From the sequence record NC_028999.1: a stretch of DNA of 64,000 bases, one strand, 5' to 3'. Below, in pieces: positions 10,429 to 21,200 of the stretch (position 1 is the stretch's first letter; every line of letters begins with the position of its first letter). A model generated the notes under the pieces. It saw only the letters and a program-made list of their open reading frames with translations, was not told the origin of the DNA and made no database searches. Both the position numbers and the translations under genes were made by a program.

Positions 10429-12525
10429 ATGTCCACGTACTTCAACGCTACCCCTAAGGTTGTGTTCAACGGGATTCGAGATCGTAGCCGCCGGCCGCTT
10501 ATTCGTCCGGATGTTACCTTCGCCCAACACACTCCTTTGCTGCGTCTTTTCACCGAGACTGGTCCGTCCGAAACTACTTACGTAGGTGATTCGGATGACG
10601 GTTTCGCTTCTGTGTTTGGTCAAAATTCCCTTGACTACCGTAGCAAGTATTTCAACCAGCAATCGCTGCTTGCTCTGCAAATGCTCGGCCAGGGTAATGG
10701 TTTCTACGTCAAACGTCTGAAACCTGAAGATGCTGCCAACCCGGCACGTATCATTGTTGCTCTGGACCTGGTCCAGGACAATATCCCGCTGACCATCACT
10801 CAACTGAGTGGTTTCAACTATCCCGATACCGTGCAAGACACTGGTAACGGTCCGGTAGCTTCGGCTAGCGATAAGGTTGAAGGTCTGCGTGCTCGTCTGA
10901 CCCTGATTCACGACAACGTGTCCGAAGTAGGTACCCAGCGCGTACTGCCAGGCAACCTGACTTCCACCATCGACAATACCCAGTCCACCCTGTATCCGCT
11001 GTTCGAGCTGCCCGCTTCGTTCTTCGGTGCACCAGGTAACAACCTGGGTATGCGGATCTGGGCTCCGACTGAAATCGATCCGGATGGTTACGACCAAGCC
11101 ACTGCGGCTAAGTTCCTGACCCGTCTGTACCGCATTCAATTCGTTGAACTGATGGATGGCTTCAACACCCCGACAATCATTAAAACTGCCAACGAAGAAG
11201 ACTACGTTAACGTATCCTTCGATGAAGGCGTTTGGTCCGCTTCTTATGATCGCGACCTGACTGTCGACCAAGTACTGATCGATCAGTATGCTGACGACGG
11301 CGTTGAATCGGGTCTGTCTCCGCTGTACAGTCCGTTCAGTGAATTCTACGTTTACCGCGACAACATCCGCTTGGTCCAAGAGCTTATCTACGACAACGAA
11401 GTACGGGTTAACCCGGCTATCGCTGCTGCTGTAACTGCTCCGACTCAAATCGACTTCCTGACCATGCTGCAAGAAGACGGCGATGCTTATCGTTCTGTTC
11501 TGCTTGAAGGTGCACTGGAAGGCGGCGTTGTCCTGGGCAAGAACTACACCATCTACGCCAGTGGCGGTACCGATGGTACTACCTCGCTCGACGAGTATGT
11601 CAAGCAGGTAGACATCGAGAACCTGAACTTCGGTAAACTGGGTGACCAGTACGAGAACGTTGCAAAATACCAATTCGGTGTTCTGTACGACTCGGGTCTA
11701 CCGATGGAATCCAAGTACAAGGCCATGAACGTGCTCGCTGCTCGTCGTGACCTGCAATACTTCTTCACTACCTTCGTAGAAAGCGACAAACGTCTGCCGA
11801 CTGCCTCGGAAGAAGTATCCCGCGTACAGGCTCTGATGACTCGTCTGAAGGCCTTCCCGGAATCTACTCTGTACGGTACTCCGGTTTGCCGAGCCATGAT
11901 TGTTATGCAATCGGGTCGACTGGTTGGCGGTGGTTATAACAAGTTCGTCCCGCAACTACTCGATGTAGCTGTAATGTGGGCCAAATATGCTGGCGCCGGT
12001 ACCGGCGTACTGCGTCCTGGTCTGGAGATGGACGTTGATCCGAACAACCGTGTCACCATGGTTAAGAACCTGAACGTTCCGTTCTTCAATGCTCGGACTT
12101 CGGCCAACCTGTGGGCCAATGGTGCAACCTATTCGTCCTCCTATGACCATCGTAGCTCGTACTATCCGTGCCTGCGTTCGGTGTACCTGGATGACACATC
12201 GGTTCTGCTCAGCCCCGTGACCGTTAACATCTGCTGCGTGATCATGCGTCTGATCCACAAGATCCACGCTAAGTTCTCGGGTAATGCCTTCCTGACCAAG
12301 GAACAACTCGTTGAGCGTTGCGACCAGGAAATTCTGGATCGCACCCGCGATATGTTCGGTGGTCGTGTGGATATCATCCCGCGCACCGAGATCACTCCGA
12401 TCGATGAAAACAACGGCTTCAGCTGGACTTGCACCGTGACTGTTGCGGCTAACAACCCGCGCACCGTTCTGGACTTCCGCCTGGAAACTGTACGTCGTGA
12501 GAACGTTACTGCGGATCAGCAATGA
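10429..12525 (+). CDS. Contractile tail sheath protein (phiKZ gp29-like)
   Basis: 698 aa; [28 protein letters not shown] and a sheath-like C-terminus; followed by the tube gene. Confidence 0.88.
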   Translation: MSTYFNATPKVVFNGIRDRSRRPLIRPDVTFAQHTPLLRLFTETGPSETTYVGDSDDGFASVFGQNSLDYRSKYFNQQSLLALQMLGQGNGFYVKRLKPEDAANPARIIVALDLVQDNIPLTITQLSGFNYPDTVQDTGNGPVASASDKVEGLRARLTLIHDNVSEVGTQRVLPGNLTSTIDNTQSTLYPLFELPASFFGAPGNNLGMRIWAPTEIDPDGYDQATAAKFLTRLYRIQFVELMDGFNTPTIIKTANEEDYVNVSFDEGVWSASYDRDLTVDQVLIDQYADDGVESGLSPLYSPFSEFYVYRDNIRLVQELIYDNEVRVNPAIAAAVTAPTQIDFLTMLQEDGDAYRSVLLEGALEGGVVLGKNYTIYASGGTDGTTSLDEYVKQVDIENLNFGKLGDQYENVAKYQFGVLYDSGLPMESKYKAMNVLAARRDLQYFFTTFVESDKRLPTASEEVSRVQALMTRLKAFPESTLYGTPVCRAMIVMQSGRLVGGGYNKFVPQLLDVAVMWAKYAGAGTGVLRPGLEMDVDPNNRVTMVKNLNVPFFNARTSANLWANGATYSSSYDHRSSYYPCLRSVYLDDTSVLLSPVTVNICCVIMRLIHKIHAKFSGNAFLTKEQLVERCDQEILDRTRDMFGGRVDIIPRTEITPIDENNGFSWTCTVTVAANNPRTVLDFRLETVRRENVTADQQ

Positions 12526-12556
12526 TCCCAGTAACACACTCTTTTGAGGATTTAAA

Positions 12557-13432
12557 ATGAGACGTTATTCTGACCCGATCGCTCCTCAGTCTGGTTATGG
12601 TGCTGGTGGTTCTCGTAACACCATCAACATGGCTCAGGCTGGTACGGACGTAATGCGTCCTGATCTGGCCAACCTGGCGAGCAACACCCCTTACGTAGGT
12701 CGAAACGTGATCCCCTTCCTTCTGGAAGCTCCGCGTTTCTTCCAATACGCTAAGAACAGTCGTCAGCTGGTCCGTTCGCTCAAGGCTCTTATCGAGAACC
12801 ATGTGCGGACTATCGATGGTCTCCAGCAGACCATCACTGTCGACACCGCAGAAGCTCCGTGGGGCGGCTCCGGTGAAGCAATCCAAGCTGCCACCAACGT
12901 TACCCGTGCCCGTTCGACTCCGTCGCTGGGTTGCTGGGAACTGCAAGGTCGTGCTATCCAGCGCTTCCTGAAGTGGTGGATCACCTACGGTATCGGCGAC
13001 GAGAACACCAAGTATCCGCGCATCATTGCCGAAGGTAATGTACCGCCGGAGAAATACGATGCCACCTTCTACGGTGCCACCGTGCTGTTTGTCGAACCCG
13101 ACCCGACCTTCCAAGACGTTGTTAGCGCATACCTGTGCACCAACATGTTCCCGCTGTCCACTGGTCCGTGGGAATCCCGTAAGGATGCCGCTCAGATTGG
13201 TCAGAACCTCGATCTGTCGATTGAGTTCTCTGCCATGACTGACGTATCTGAAGGTGTGATCATGTACGCTCGTCAGCTGTTCCGTACCCTGAACATCAAG
13301 GGCATGAACCCCAACGACCAGCGTTCCTGGATCGAAAGCATTAGTGCTGACGTCCGTGCTGCGAACCTGGGTCTGGCTGACCAGCTGAACAACAGTGCTT
13401 CCAACCGCGTTACCTACGATGGAGCTGACTGA
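12557..13432 (+). CDS. Tail tube protein (phiKZ gp30-like)
   Basis: 291 aa directly after the sheath; LFVEPDPT and LCTNMFP..G motifs; strong RBS GAGGA. Confidence 0.82.
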   Translation: MRRYSDPIAPQSGYGAGGSRNTINMAQAGTDVMRPDLANLASNTPYVGRNVIPFLLEAPRFFQYAKNSRQLVRSLKALIENHVRTIDGLQQTITVDTAEAPWGGSGEAIQAATNVTRARSTPSLGCWELQGRAIQRFLKWWITYGIGDENTKYPRIIAEGNVPPEKYDATFYGATVLFVEPDPTFQDVVSAYLCTNMFPLSTGPWESRKDAAQIGQNLDLSIEFSAMTDVSEGVIMYARQLFRTLNIKGMNPNDQRSWIESISADVRAANLGLADQLNNSASNRVTYDGAD

Positions 13433-13659
13433 TGGAATTCCCCCTAGTCGCTGAGACTGACCAAGTACAATCTACTGGTAAGACCCCGATGGCTACGGGG
13501 GATGCCACTGAAGCCTATCGTAACTTCCTAAGCCCAGATGTGGCTGCTGAAGACGTTGGTTTGATTTACCAGTTGAACACAGCCGTGAAGAACGACATTG
13601 CGACATTGGATCAATCTAACCAAAGCCTCGTGGTCGAGGCTGGCGGCCAGTACGCTTGA
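13432..13659 (+). CDS. Small hypothetical late protein
   Basis: 75 aa, start overlaps the tube stop (TGATG), followed by a terminator. Confidence 0.6.
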   Translation: MEFPLVAETDQVQSTGKTPMATGDATEAYRNFLSPDVAAEDVGLIYQLNTAVKNDIATLDQSNQSLVVEAGGQYA

Positions 13660-13665
13660 CATATT

Positions 13666-13729
13666 GCCCCACCTTTTCGGGTGGGGCTTTATGCCGTCTA
13701 GATTTAAAGCATTTAAAACCCTATATTAC
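13666..13729 (+). promoter_or_regulatory. Terminator hairpin (13666-13690) followed by early promoter TATATTAC (13722-13729)
   Basis: GCCCCACC...GGTGGGGC-TTT, then TTTAAAACCCTATATTAC. Confidence 0.75.
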
Positions 13730-13772
13730 AAATGTGATCTAACCCTTTCAAATACCAATAGGAATCTTCAAA

Positions 13773-14165
13773 ATGCAACAGATTAAAAACGCCATGGTTA
13801 CTCTGGTTGATACCATCCAACAAGGACTCATCAACCGTCCACAAAATTTCAACCATGGTCAAAGTACCTTGGTGGTTCGCGGTCTCAAAGAAGACAATGC
13901 ACGAGTAATCCAGTATGGTAACTCGCTTGAAATTATTCAACATGAGCAAAAGATCGCCCGTCTAAAAGTGACGTTTACCCACACCGATAATAATCATATC
14001 GTCACCACTGTAGGTGTACATGTAGATGGTGCAAACATCACTTACCTCAATGACAGTGATGTACTTGATACCACCGCACTGGTGGATGACTTTAAAACAG
14101 AAGCCGATATTTCTCAACGTTTGGATAACGTCGCTTCTCTGATGTGTAAGTTCTATTCCCACTAA
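13773..14165 (+). CDS. Hypothetical early protein
   Basis: 130-aa ORF after the TATATTAC promoter. Confidence 0.7.
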   Translation: MQQIKNAMVTLVDTIQQGLINRPQNFNHGQSTLVVRGLKEDNARVIQYGNSLEIIQHEQKIARLKVTFTHTDNNHIVTTVGVHVDGANITYLNDSDVLDTTALVDDFKTEADISQRLDNVASLMCKFYSH

Positions 14166-14175
14166 GGAAATTCAA

Positions 14176-14562
14176 ATGGCTATTTCCAAGGCGCAGCTGC
14201 AAGAAATGATTACTGAGTTGGACAACGGTTTGCGTACCAACCCAGATATGTTCAACATGGTTGCTGATGAACCGCCGTTTTATATTGATGACGGTCGTTC
14301 GGTAAACCAACTCGGCAACAACCTGTTCTTCACCTCTGGCATGCATACCACGGCCAATATCATGGTCATGACGCGTATCAATGACGAGGGTAGGCGTTTC
14401 GTACATGGGATCAACGTGGTCAACATGCACAACAACATCGTCTACTCACTAGCCATGGAAGAACCTGATGAGACCGATCACATTACATTCGATCAAATGA
14501 TCGAACTGGTGCGCGGTCTGTACAACCTTCCCAAGAAAAACAAGGAAAATGATGATGCGTAA
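14176..14562 (+). CDS. Hypothetical early protein
   Basis: 128 aa, RBS AAGGA. Confidence 0.7.
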   Translation: MAISKAQLQEMITELDNGLRTNPDMFNMVADEPPFYIDDGRSVNQLGNNLFFTSGMHTTANIMVMTRINDEGRRFVHGINVVNMHNNIVYSLAMEEPDETDHITFDQMIELVRGLYNLPKKNKENDDA

Positions 14563-14899
14563 AATTCTCGTAAGTGTTCTGTTCGCTCTGGTACCTTGTG
14601 TAGTACAAGCCGAGGACAACCCTGACTTGCTCACCCAGATGTACCTGGACTCTGAGCTGGTCTACTGCAAGACCGGGGAATGCGTAGTAGTTGACACTGG
14701 TGAGACCTGGGAACAACCAGATATCACTGACGGCGTCTACAGTATCGCTTTCCCGGAAAACAAGTACACCGAGCAACAGATCGCAGACAGCGGTCCGTTT
14801 ATCTCCGACGCATGGCGCACTCGCATCGAAATGATGGAGCGCGACTGCACCCCACCGACCATCTCTCAGAAGTACAAGGACATGGTTGGTTGCCAATAA
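14549..14899 (+). CDS. Putative exported/periplasmic protein
   Basis: N-terminal MMMRKILVSVLFALVPCVVQA resembles a Sec signal peptide with an AxA-like cleavage site; four Cys in the mature part. Confidence 0.65.
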   Translation: MMMRKILVSVLFALVPCVVQAEDNPDLLTQMYLDSELVYCKTGECVVVDTGETWEQPDITDGVYSIAFPENKYTEQQIADSGPFISDAWRTRIEMMERDCTPPTISQKYKDMVGCQ

Positions 14900-14945
14900 C
14901 GGCATAAGCCCTCCCTTCGGGGAGGGCATTATGTTGTTTTTCTTT

Positions 14946-16196
14946 TTAGGTTCGAGTGTAATAGTTCTTACACATCGCCCTCAAGATAACATAGAGCATC
15001 AAACCTGTTCGAGTAGCCGCAATGTGGCCTGCATATCGGTTACCGGTTGCATCACGTACCATCTTCTCCCCTGTGTCACGAATGAACAGGACTTGCTCGT
15101 TCGTGGTCTTAGAGGCCATGATCTTAGCTCGGATCTTCGTCAGCAGACCAATGAGATCGTTGTTACGTTGAACCGAGGTACGGATCGACTGCATGTAGTC
15201 AAAAGCGTAAAGCAGGGATTCATCGATGAATTTCTCAATGAACTCCATCCGCTTCAATCCCACGTTACGAGAAATATACTGAAGCGTGGGGACGAGCATG
15301 TGCTCTGGCATGGTGGGCATTGCTTTGTAGATCACTGACAGCAATTCTGGACGAATGAACGATTGCTCTGATGTCACCACCCCATGCATGTACCGCAGGT
15401 AGCTGGCGTAACCTGATGACTTGTCTTTAAGGACTTGTTCGCCATCGGTGTTCACTTGGACATCGGATGTAATGATCACCTTGGCTCCAGACTGAAGTGT
15501 CTGGATGTAAACACTGTAATACTTGTTGACGAGTTCACGAATACGGGACTGCGTGTCTGTTACGATTCGCTTAGCCCAATACGTGTCATCACGTTCACGG
15601 TCCAACAGATAGTTCTGATAGATATTCTCGTGGGTATTTGCAACAATCCCTTCAGCACGTTGACGGATGAGTTTACCCCAACTACCAATCGCTTTGATAT
15701 CGAACTTGTAGTTCAATGCAGCGAAGGTAGCTTCAGCAACTTCCCGACGAGCCGGATATTTGAAACGTCGAACCAATAGTGAGGTCAAGTACTTAAAGTG
15801 CAGGACCATAAAAGCACTGACCATTGCCTCGTGACGAATGTTCAGGGGAATGTTGGTTTCTTTGTTCAAGCGCATTGTGATATACCCTGGAAGGTAGTTG
15901 AATGCGTCTGAAGCAACAATGTGTGATGTATCGATTCCCTCTGCACGGTCGAAGTCGTGTTTGAGTAGATCGTCATCTACTCCGAGCACGTCATCAAACC
16001 AAAGCTCCCGATCTGTGTCGTAGAACTTAATCTCGTTCACACCCATCAACACTCCACCAAAGAACGCGGAGTGATCTTCGTTTCGGTTCATGAACCGAAC
16101 ACAATAATCGGTGATTCGTTTGCAGAGGTCACGATCAAACTTGACACCCTCGAAATGCTTGTCGAGTGTCTCGCGGACGGTGAGAGCCATGACCAA
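14946..16196 (-). CDS. Conserved virion (head) protein, phiKZ gp32-like
   Basis: 416-aa single minus-strand gene; MNRNEDHSAFFGGVLMGV, GSWGKLIRQRAE. Confidence 0.65.
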   Translation of the reverse strand: MVMALTVRETLDKHFEGVKFDRDLCKRITDYCVRFMNRNEDHSAFFGGVLMGVNEIKFYDTDRELWFDDVLGVDDDLLKHDFDRAEGIDTSHIVASDAFNYLPGYITMRLNKETNIPLNIRHEAMVSAFMVLHFKYLTSLLVRRFKYPARREVAEATFAALNYKFDIKAIGSWGKLIRQRAEGIVANTHENIYQNYLLDRERDDTYWAKRIVTDTQSRIRELVNKYYSVYIQTLQSGAKVIITSDVQVNTDGEQVLKDKSSGYASYLRYMHGVVTSEQSFIRPELLSVIYKAMPTMPEHMLVPTLQYISRNVGLKRMEFIEKFIDESLLYAFDYMQSIRTSVQRNNDLIGLLTKIRAKIMASKTTNEQVLFIRDTGEKMVRDATGNRYAGHIAATRTGLMLYVILRAMCKNYYTRT

Positions 16197-16242
16197 ACCT
16201 CATTGATTAATCAGATCATTGTAGTAAAAAATATTTAAGAAC

Positions 16243-16250
16243 TATATCAC
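16243..16250 (+). promoter_or_regulatory. Early-type promoter variant TATATCAC
   Basis: AAAAATATTTAAGAACTATATCAC in a divergent intergenic gap. Confidence 0.6.
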
Positions 16251-17273
16251 ATGGCTGCATTGACATTAACTGAACAAGGACATGCAATGAAATTCAATGA
16301 TTACAAATACGAGGAATGGAACCCGCAGGCGTCTGGGTTTGATATTTTTGAATCCAGTACTCAGTTCACGGAAGGTAAGCTGTTTATTTCCCCATGGCAA
16401 TTCGAGAACGATCAGAGGACTATCGTCGACAAGCGTCATCCGGGTGCATTCAACCAGTTCTTCGTGAACCCTGAAACCCGTGTGGCACTTGCCAGCATCC
16501 GCGTAAGTCTGGCGGGTGGTATGTACTGGCGTGGGGATAGTCTCGGTTACTCGGATGTCGACGAGTACGATACTGAGGCATCACCACATAAGTTCGTCCA
16601 ACGTTCGACCGATGTTTCCAAGTTCGCTTTCGAGGAATTCCTCAATCGTCAACTGGGGCGTGCTGAGATCAGCGCGTATGATCGGACCGTAGTGAAGAAT
16701 CTCGCTAAGATGTATACCAAGCTCGCCCGCGAAGGCGAGATCACGGAGATGCAGTTCCACGATGCATACCCCGACGTTGGATACCATTACGTACATGTCC
16801 GCATCGATGGCCACATTGGTGACATCAATGTCTCCATGAATGGCTATCTTGGTCTTGGCGACAAGGTTGATTTCAAATGGCTGTCTAAATGTGGTAGCTT
16901 GTTTGCCGTGGCCGATATATTAAACTACGCACATATCCGTCAAATGTTCGGGAATATGTGCGTCAGGATCTACAAAGCATCGGGGGATGTAACGTATGCT
17001 CTGGCTTCACTTGGCAAATATGCGATAAATGATCCGGACAATAATCCTGGTGTTCTACATCAGCTCCATACTGCCAATCATTTACAGGAACTTATGGTTG
17101 AGTCGGATAACCCGAATGCCGGGTTAATCATCGAACTGGTGAATACCGCCATTAAGGAACTGGGTCTTCTCACCTACCAAGGTTCAGATCTGAATGTTCT
17201 GAAGTACGGAACTCAATTGCGTTTGAACTACGCGAGTGCCAGCCACCAATACACCTTCACCGTAGACCATTAA
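16251..17273 (+). CDS. Hypothetical early protein (start may be ATG 16287)
   Basis: 340-aa ORF. Confidence 0.7.
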   Translation: MAALTLTEQGHAMKFNDYKYEEWNPQASGFDIFESSTQFTEGKLFISPWQFENDQRTIVDKRHPGAFNQFFVNPETRVALASIRVSLAGGMYWRGDSLGYSDVDEYDTEASPHKFVQRSTDVSKFAFEEFLNRQLGRAEISAYDRTVVKNLAKMYTKLAREGEITEMQFHDAYPDVGYHYVHVRIDGHIGDINVSMNGYLGLGDKVDFKWLSKCGSLFAVADILNYAHIRQMFGNMCVRIYKASGDVTYALASLGKYAINDPDNNPGVLHQLHTANHLQELMVESDNPNAGLIIELVNTAIKELGLLTYQGSDLNVLKYGTQLRLNYASASHQYTFTVDH

Positions 17274-17295
17274 TTCACACCAAGGGGAAAATGCC

Positions 17296-17958
17296 ATGTT
17301 TCTCACCAACGCCCTAATTGAAGAACTGGGTAAGCGCCTGATGAGCGGTAACCGTGATGAAAACGATCTAGGTAGTATGTTCGCTTATATCTTGGGTAGC
17401 GGCTTCGTTCAAGATGGATCCAATGTCACTCAGGAAGAACGTTCGTTCTATCTGAATATGGAAGACGGCACTACGGGTGAGTGGGAAATTGAGGTAAGTT
17501 CCCGAGATCGGTTCAACTGGCATAATCCTCGTCTGCGTGAGATTAACAACCAGGAGCGTTGGCGTACGATCCTCCATGGGAAAGATGAGGTATGGCAACT
17601 CAGTGCACGTCTTGCATTTAATGCGCTAAGATACGTGCAAGAAGCGATTATGTGGCATCGTTTGGAACATGAGTTCGTTCCTGAGATCTCCGTCTTCGCT
17701 GATACCGAACTGGGTCGCACGTACTTCATGTGCGGTAAATTCGTACTGTGCATCAGCTATCGCTCTGACCCCACCCAAGCAATCTCCAGCAATGGAATCT
17801 TTGCTTGGTTGGATGCGATGGAGAACCATTACGGTGCGGTGAGTGATGATGACATCGTGTGTGCACTGATCGATAATGGTAACGTGGTTATTTCAGTAAA
17901 TGGCATTCGCTATGACACCGGGATGAAACGTCATCAGTTCTCGGCAATGTTCGACTGA
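17296..17958 (+). CDS. Hypothetical protein
   Basis: 220 aa, RBS AAGGGG, followed by a UUCG hairpin at 17965-17984. Confidence 0.7.
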   Translation: MFLTNALIEELGKRLMSGNRDENDLGSMFAYILGSGFVQDGSNVTQEERSFYLNMEDGTTGEWEIEVSSRDRFNWHNPRLREINNQERWRTILHGKDEVWQLSARLAFNALRYVQEAIMWHRLEHEFVPEISVFADTELGRTYFMCGKFVLCISYRSDPTQAISSNGIFAWLDAMENHYGAVSDDDIVCALIDNGNVVISVNGIRYDTGMKRHQFSAMFD

Positions 17959-18046
17959 TATAACGCCCTCCCTTCGGGGAGGGCTTTATGCCGTTTTTCT
18001 TTTTATCATGTGTAAGCATTCCCTAAATATCATAAAAGAGGTGCGT

Positions 18047-18805
18047 ATGGGCTGTTGTAAAGATAGGCCGGCTCCTGACACGAACGTTCCGTTCGATCAG
18101 ATGGGGTCCAGCTGTGGCGTCTATGCACATCTGCATGACATGTTTGTTTATTTTAAAGATGAACGGGCTGGGGCTATCCCCTGCGATACTTCTCGCTACG
18201 CCGTTGAATGGATCGGTATTGATGCTTCGACGTATGGTTATATCGTGACGGACAAGCTGACTGGTGAAACTCTGGAATATCAGGTTGTAAAAGAGTTCAC
18301 CAAGGAAGGCCCTCAGGAGGCGTTTGAGCGCGATTGGCGAGATCGTGAGCTACGCTATAACAGAGGCATCAATCGTGCGTTAGAGGACCATTTAGAGGCC
18401 TTGCAGGACAACTCCCCTGATAAAGACTATAAACTGGTTCGAGATAGTGAAGGTTACAAGATTATTCGAGCACTCGATGATAAGCTTGGAGTGGTGTTGT
18501 TCCGTGTAGATTATCGTCATGAACTGCTCGATGGTCCGGTACCCCTGTTTACCGAGATCCCCGAATTCCCCGAGATTCCTGGTGAAGTGGGTCGTTCATT
18601 TGATCGTCTGGTTAAGCGATTCAACAAACTGGGTGTGTTCTTTGATCCACCGGTAATCGAAGAAGTCAAGGACTATCACAAAGTGAGCATGTCTGGCAAA
18701 GCTTATCGGAACTCTACGACCAAGAATATCGTAACCATTACCTACCAAGAACTTCTGATGTCAGATGATGACCTGAGACGCTACCATGCCTACTACTCCA
18801 TCTAA
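18047..18805 (+). CDS. Hypothetical protein
   Basis: ATG 18047 after GAGGT (MGCCKDRP...). Confidence 0.7.
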   Translation: MGCCKDRPAPDTNVPFDQMGSSCGVYAHLHDMFVYFKDERAGAIPCDTSRYAVEWIGIDASTYGYIVTDKLTGETLEYQVVKEFTKEGPQEAFERDWRDRELRYNRGINRALEDHLEALQDNSPDKDYKLVRDSEGYKIIRALDDKLGVVLFRVDYRHELLDGPVPLFTEIPEFPEIPGEVGRSFDRLVKRFNKLGVFFDPPVIEEVKDYHKVSMSGKAYRNSTTKNIVTITYQELLMSDDDLRRYHAYYSI

Positions 18806-19109
18806 CTTAGTTCCTGTAACTGTTGAAGAGATCAGAGCCGCGTTAGCGGTACCGATCGGCTACACCCGTGAGACCATTCATCGACTGTTCAATATTTCCA
18901 ACAACGATCCGCTGCCAGATACCTTGAAGTTCTTTAAGCAGGTCGAACAAGCCAACGGTTATCGTTACATTGCACGTGAACCCAATAGCATGACCATCGG
19001 CATTACCTTGGGGGATGAGGCTGTAACCAAAGCTAACATCCTGGCCTACATCAAGAAAGCTGCACCTAATGTGATCGACTTGAGTCCTTGGGCTACAGCT
19101 GAGACCTAA
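18786..19109 (+). CDS. Hypothetical protein
   Basis: 107 aa overlapping the upstream stop; followed by a hairpin at 19116-19135. Confidence 0.6.
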   Translation: MPTTPSNLVPVTVEEIRAALAVPIGYTRETIHRLFNISNNDPLPDTLKFFKQVEQANGYRYIAREPNSMTIGITLGDEAVTKANILAYIKKAAPNVIDLSPWATAET

Positions 19110-19159
19110 CATAACGCCCTCCCTTCGGGGAGGGCTTATGCTGTAATTAATTTCAGATC

Positions 19160-19167
19160 TACATTAC
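19160..19167 (+). promoter_or_regulatory. Early-type promoter variant TACATTAC
   Basis: AATTTCAGATCTACATTAC directly after a terminator. Confidence 0.55.
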
Positions 19168-19191
19168 AACAGTGCATTTATCCCAAACCAA

Positions 19192-19974
19192 TTGGAGCGT
19201 TTAATGTCTAAGCTGAAGAACATTTCGGACCTGGTTAACATCCCATCGAAAGTAATCGACCATTACGCCGCCATCTACCTGCGGACCTATAACACGCATG
19301 GTGACCGACAGTTTTACTGGGAAGTCAGTGAATCACACGGTACGGTCGCTCCGATGTTGCTCATGGACAAAGCCTCCATTGCACGTATTCGCTGTAATGC
19401 ACCATTTGGTTCAGCCGAATACGACATTGCATGCGCTGAAGCAATCGAAAAGGTTATGCTTACCCCCAGCGTTTGGAACATTCCTCGGGTGCGCCGGGCG
19501 TTTGCCGATCTTGAGGAAGATGTTGTTGAAATGGATCTGGGCTTCGACAGCAACTGCATCTACAAATATATCCCTGAAGATGGGGATAGGAAATCGTTCC
19601 GTATCAAGCTGGTGAATTTTGAATCCAGTTTTGATGTATCGAACAAGACGCTGGTATCCAGCCATGAATACACCATTGGTCAGCCTACCAATGACACTGT
19701 TTGGCCACAGTGGCTGCTACTGAGTGCTGAACGGTTGATGGCAGTAGCTATGCTTCGCGCAGCTAAAGAATACAACATGCAACTCAAGCCTTGGTTCTAT
19801 CTGGAGGCAAATGGTGACCGATGGTTCACCCTCACGAATGAGAGTGCTAATCTGGGTGAAAATGCTAAGGGTGTGGGGATTGTAATCCACATCCCCAACA
19901 ACCCTTACATTGACATGGAAACATGCAAGCTGCGTAAGGAGTTTGTTCGGGTTGTTCAAGAGATGGTTGTTTAA
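19192..19974 (+). CDS. Hypothetical early protein (TTG 19192 or ATG 19204 start)
   Basis: 260-aa ORF between a promoter and a terminator. Confidence 0.7.
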   Translation: MERLMSKLKNISDLVNIPSKVIDHYAAIYLRTYNTHGDRQFYWEVSESHGTVAPMLLMDKASIARIRCNAPFGSAEYDIACAEAIEKVMLTPSVWNIPRVRRAFADLEEDVVEMDLGFDSNCIYKYIPEDGDRKSFRIKLVNFESSFDVSNKTLVSSHEYTIGQPTNDTVWPQWLLLSAERLMAVAMLRAAKEYNMQLKPWFYLEANGDRWFTLTNESANLGENAKGVGIVIHIPNNPYIDMETCKLRKEFVRVVQEMVV

Positions 19975-20005
19975 GGCATAATAGCCCTCCCTTCGGGGAG
20001 GGTTT

Positions 20006-20300
20006 TAAACCGTTTTTTTTTCGCGGCCGGGCCCGGCGCCGCGCGTAATATATCTTGTTTAAAGAGGTTAAGTACTCCGATAGGAGGAATTTTCTCTTAT
20101 TTTGTTTTTCTTTAAGAAAAGATTTACTCAGATAAATAGTAATTATATGTGGGGGGACCCTTTGGGGGGGTCCCATATATAATTTCCTTATTCTTAGCTT
20201 TAGCTAAGTTTAAGGGAAATATACCAATATGACCTATTTTAATAGAAGAGGGTGTTGGGACTCCAAGTCCCATTCCACCCATTAAATATTATTTTAAATC
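20006..20300. other. AT-rich non-coding island with clustered palindromes
   Basis: No credible ORF; inverted repeats at 20022-20043, 20141-20184, 20184-20218 and 20250-20280. Confidence 0.6.
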
Positions 20301-20308
20301 TATATTAC
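20301..20308 (+). promoter_or_regulatory. Early promoter TATATTAC
   Basis: ATTTTAAATCTATATTAC upstream of the operon ending in phuZ. Confidence 0.75.
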
Positions 20309-20346
20309 CTAGTTGTATTTCATAAAAATCTAAAAGGACTATCACA

Positions 20347-20589
20347 ATGACCAAAACTCTGATCTATGACAAACTCTATTTGGTAGAGAGTCTCATTGAC
20401 CTTTCTGATCTCATTGAACAAGTAAAAGAAAAGCAAAAAGTTGATGAAGTCAGTTATCATACTGCCACGGGTCGTAGACCCTTATTCTCATCCTCCTTTC
20501 CCCAAGTAGTCTTGTTGGAGATTGATCGGGAGTATGCCTCCCCCACGATCCTGCGAGTCTACCACGTTCCTCCCTCTGAAATCGTCTAA
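20347..20589 (+). CDS. Small hypothetical protein
   Basis: 80 aa, RBS AAGGA. Confidence 0.7.
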   Translation: MTKTLIYDKLYLVESLIDLSDLIEQVKEKQKVDEVSYHTATGRRPLFSSSFPQVVLLEIDREYASPTILRVYHVPPSEIV

Positions 20590-20598
20590 GGACTGAAC

Positions 20599-20730
20599 AT
20601 GCTGAATCTCAATCGCCTACTGCAAGAAGCCATCGATAACGGTTATACCCTAGAGTTGGTTGTAGGGCGTGAAGGGTATTGTAATCTTCGTGTTATCCCT
20701 CACCCGGTGGAAAAACAGGAAGCGGCGTAA
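20599..20730 (+). CDS. Small 43-aa protein absent from the ORF track (MLNLNRLLQEAIDNG...KQEAA)
   Basis: AAGGA RBS, ATG 20599; stop TAA overlaps the next ATG (TAATG). Confidence 0.7.
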   Translation: MLNLNRLLQEAIDNGYTLELVVGREGYCNLRVIPHPVEKQEAA

Positions 20731-21200
20731 TGGATAAGCTCAGACTCCTGGTTGATCGATACCAGATGCAACAACACTTCATCCAGGAACGGTTTCATGT
20801 TCCGATGTATGAGTTGCAACGATTGGAACAACGGATTCGAAAGACAGTGGAATCTGGTGGGTATTACTACATGACCCATCTGTCGTCTGGTGAAGGGTAT
20901 GCCTGGTTGTTCTTCTCCAATGAGGATGGCTTTAAGTCTCAGATCGAAATCCGTCGCCCTAAAGCTGACCCAGCTACAAAGATCCCCAAATTGGAATGGT
21001 TGAAGGAATTCCTTCGTCCACTTAGGGAATTGGATGTAACTGACGAAGCCAAAGAGCTCCTGACCAAGATCACCAAGCACATTCGTGATGGGGGTGAATG
21101 GGAGCCTTATGTTGGGAATGGCTACAACCAAGTTCGCCTGTCGTTCAAAGGAGAGCTTAAAACCACACTGACTTATCATCAAGAGGTTAATGCGCTATGA
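20730..21200 (+). CDS. Hypothetical protein
   Basis: 156 aa, translationally coupled. Confidence 0.7.
   Translation: MDKLRLLVDRYQMQQHFIQERFHVPMYELQRLEQRIRKTVESGGYYYMTHLSSGEGYAWLFFSNEDGFKSQIEIRRPKADPATKIPKLEWLKEFLRPLRELDVTDEAKELLTKITKHIRDGGEWEPYVGNGYNQVRLSFKGELKTTLTYHQEVNAL

Noticed and set aside
10384-13114. Long antisense ORFs over sheath and tube (10384-11673, 11956-12537, 12506-13114)
   Set aside because: In-register shadow ORFs of codon-biased structural genes.
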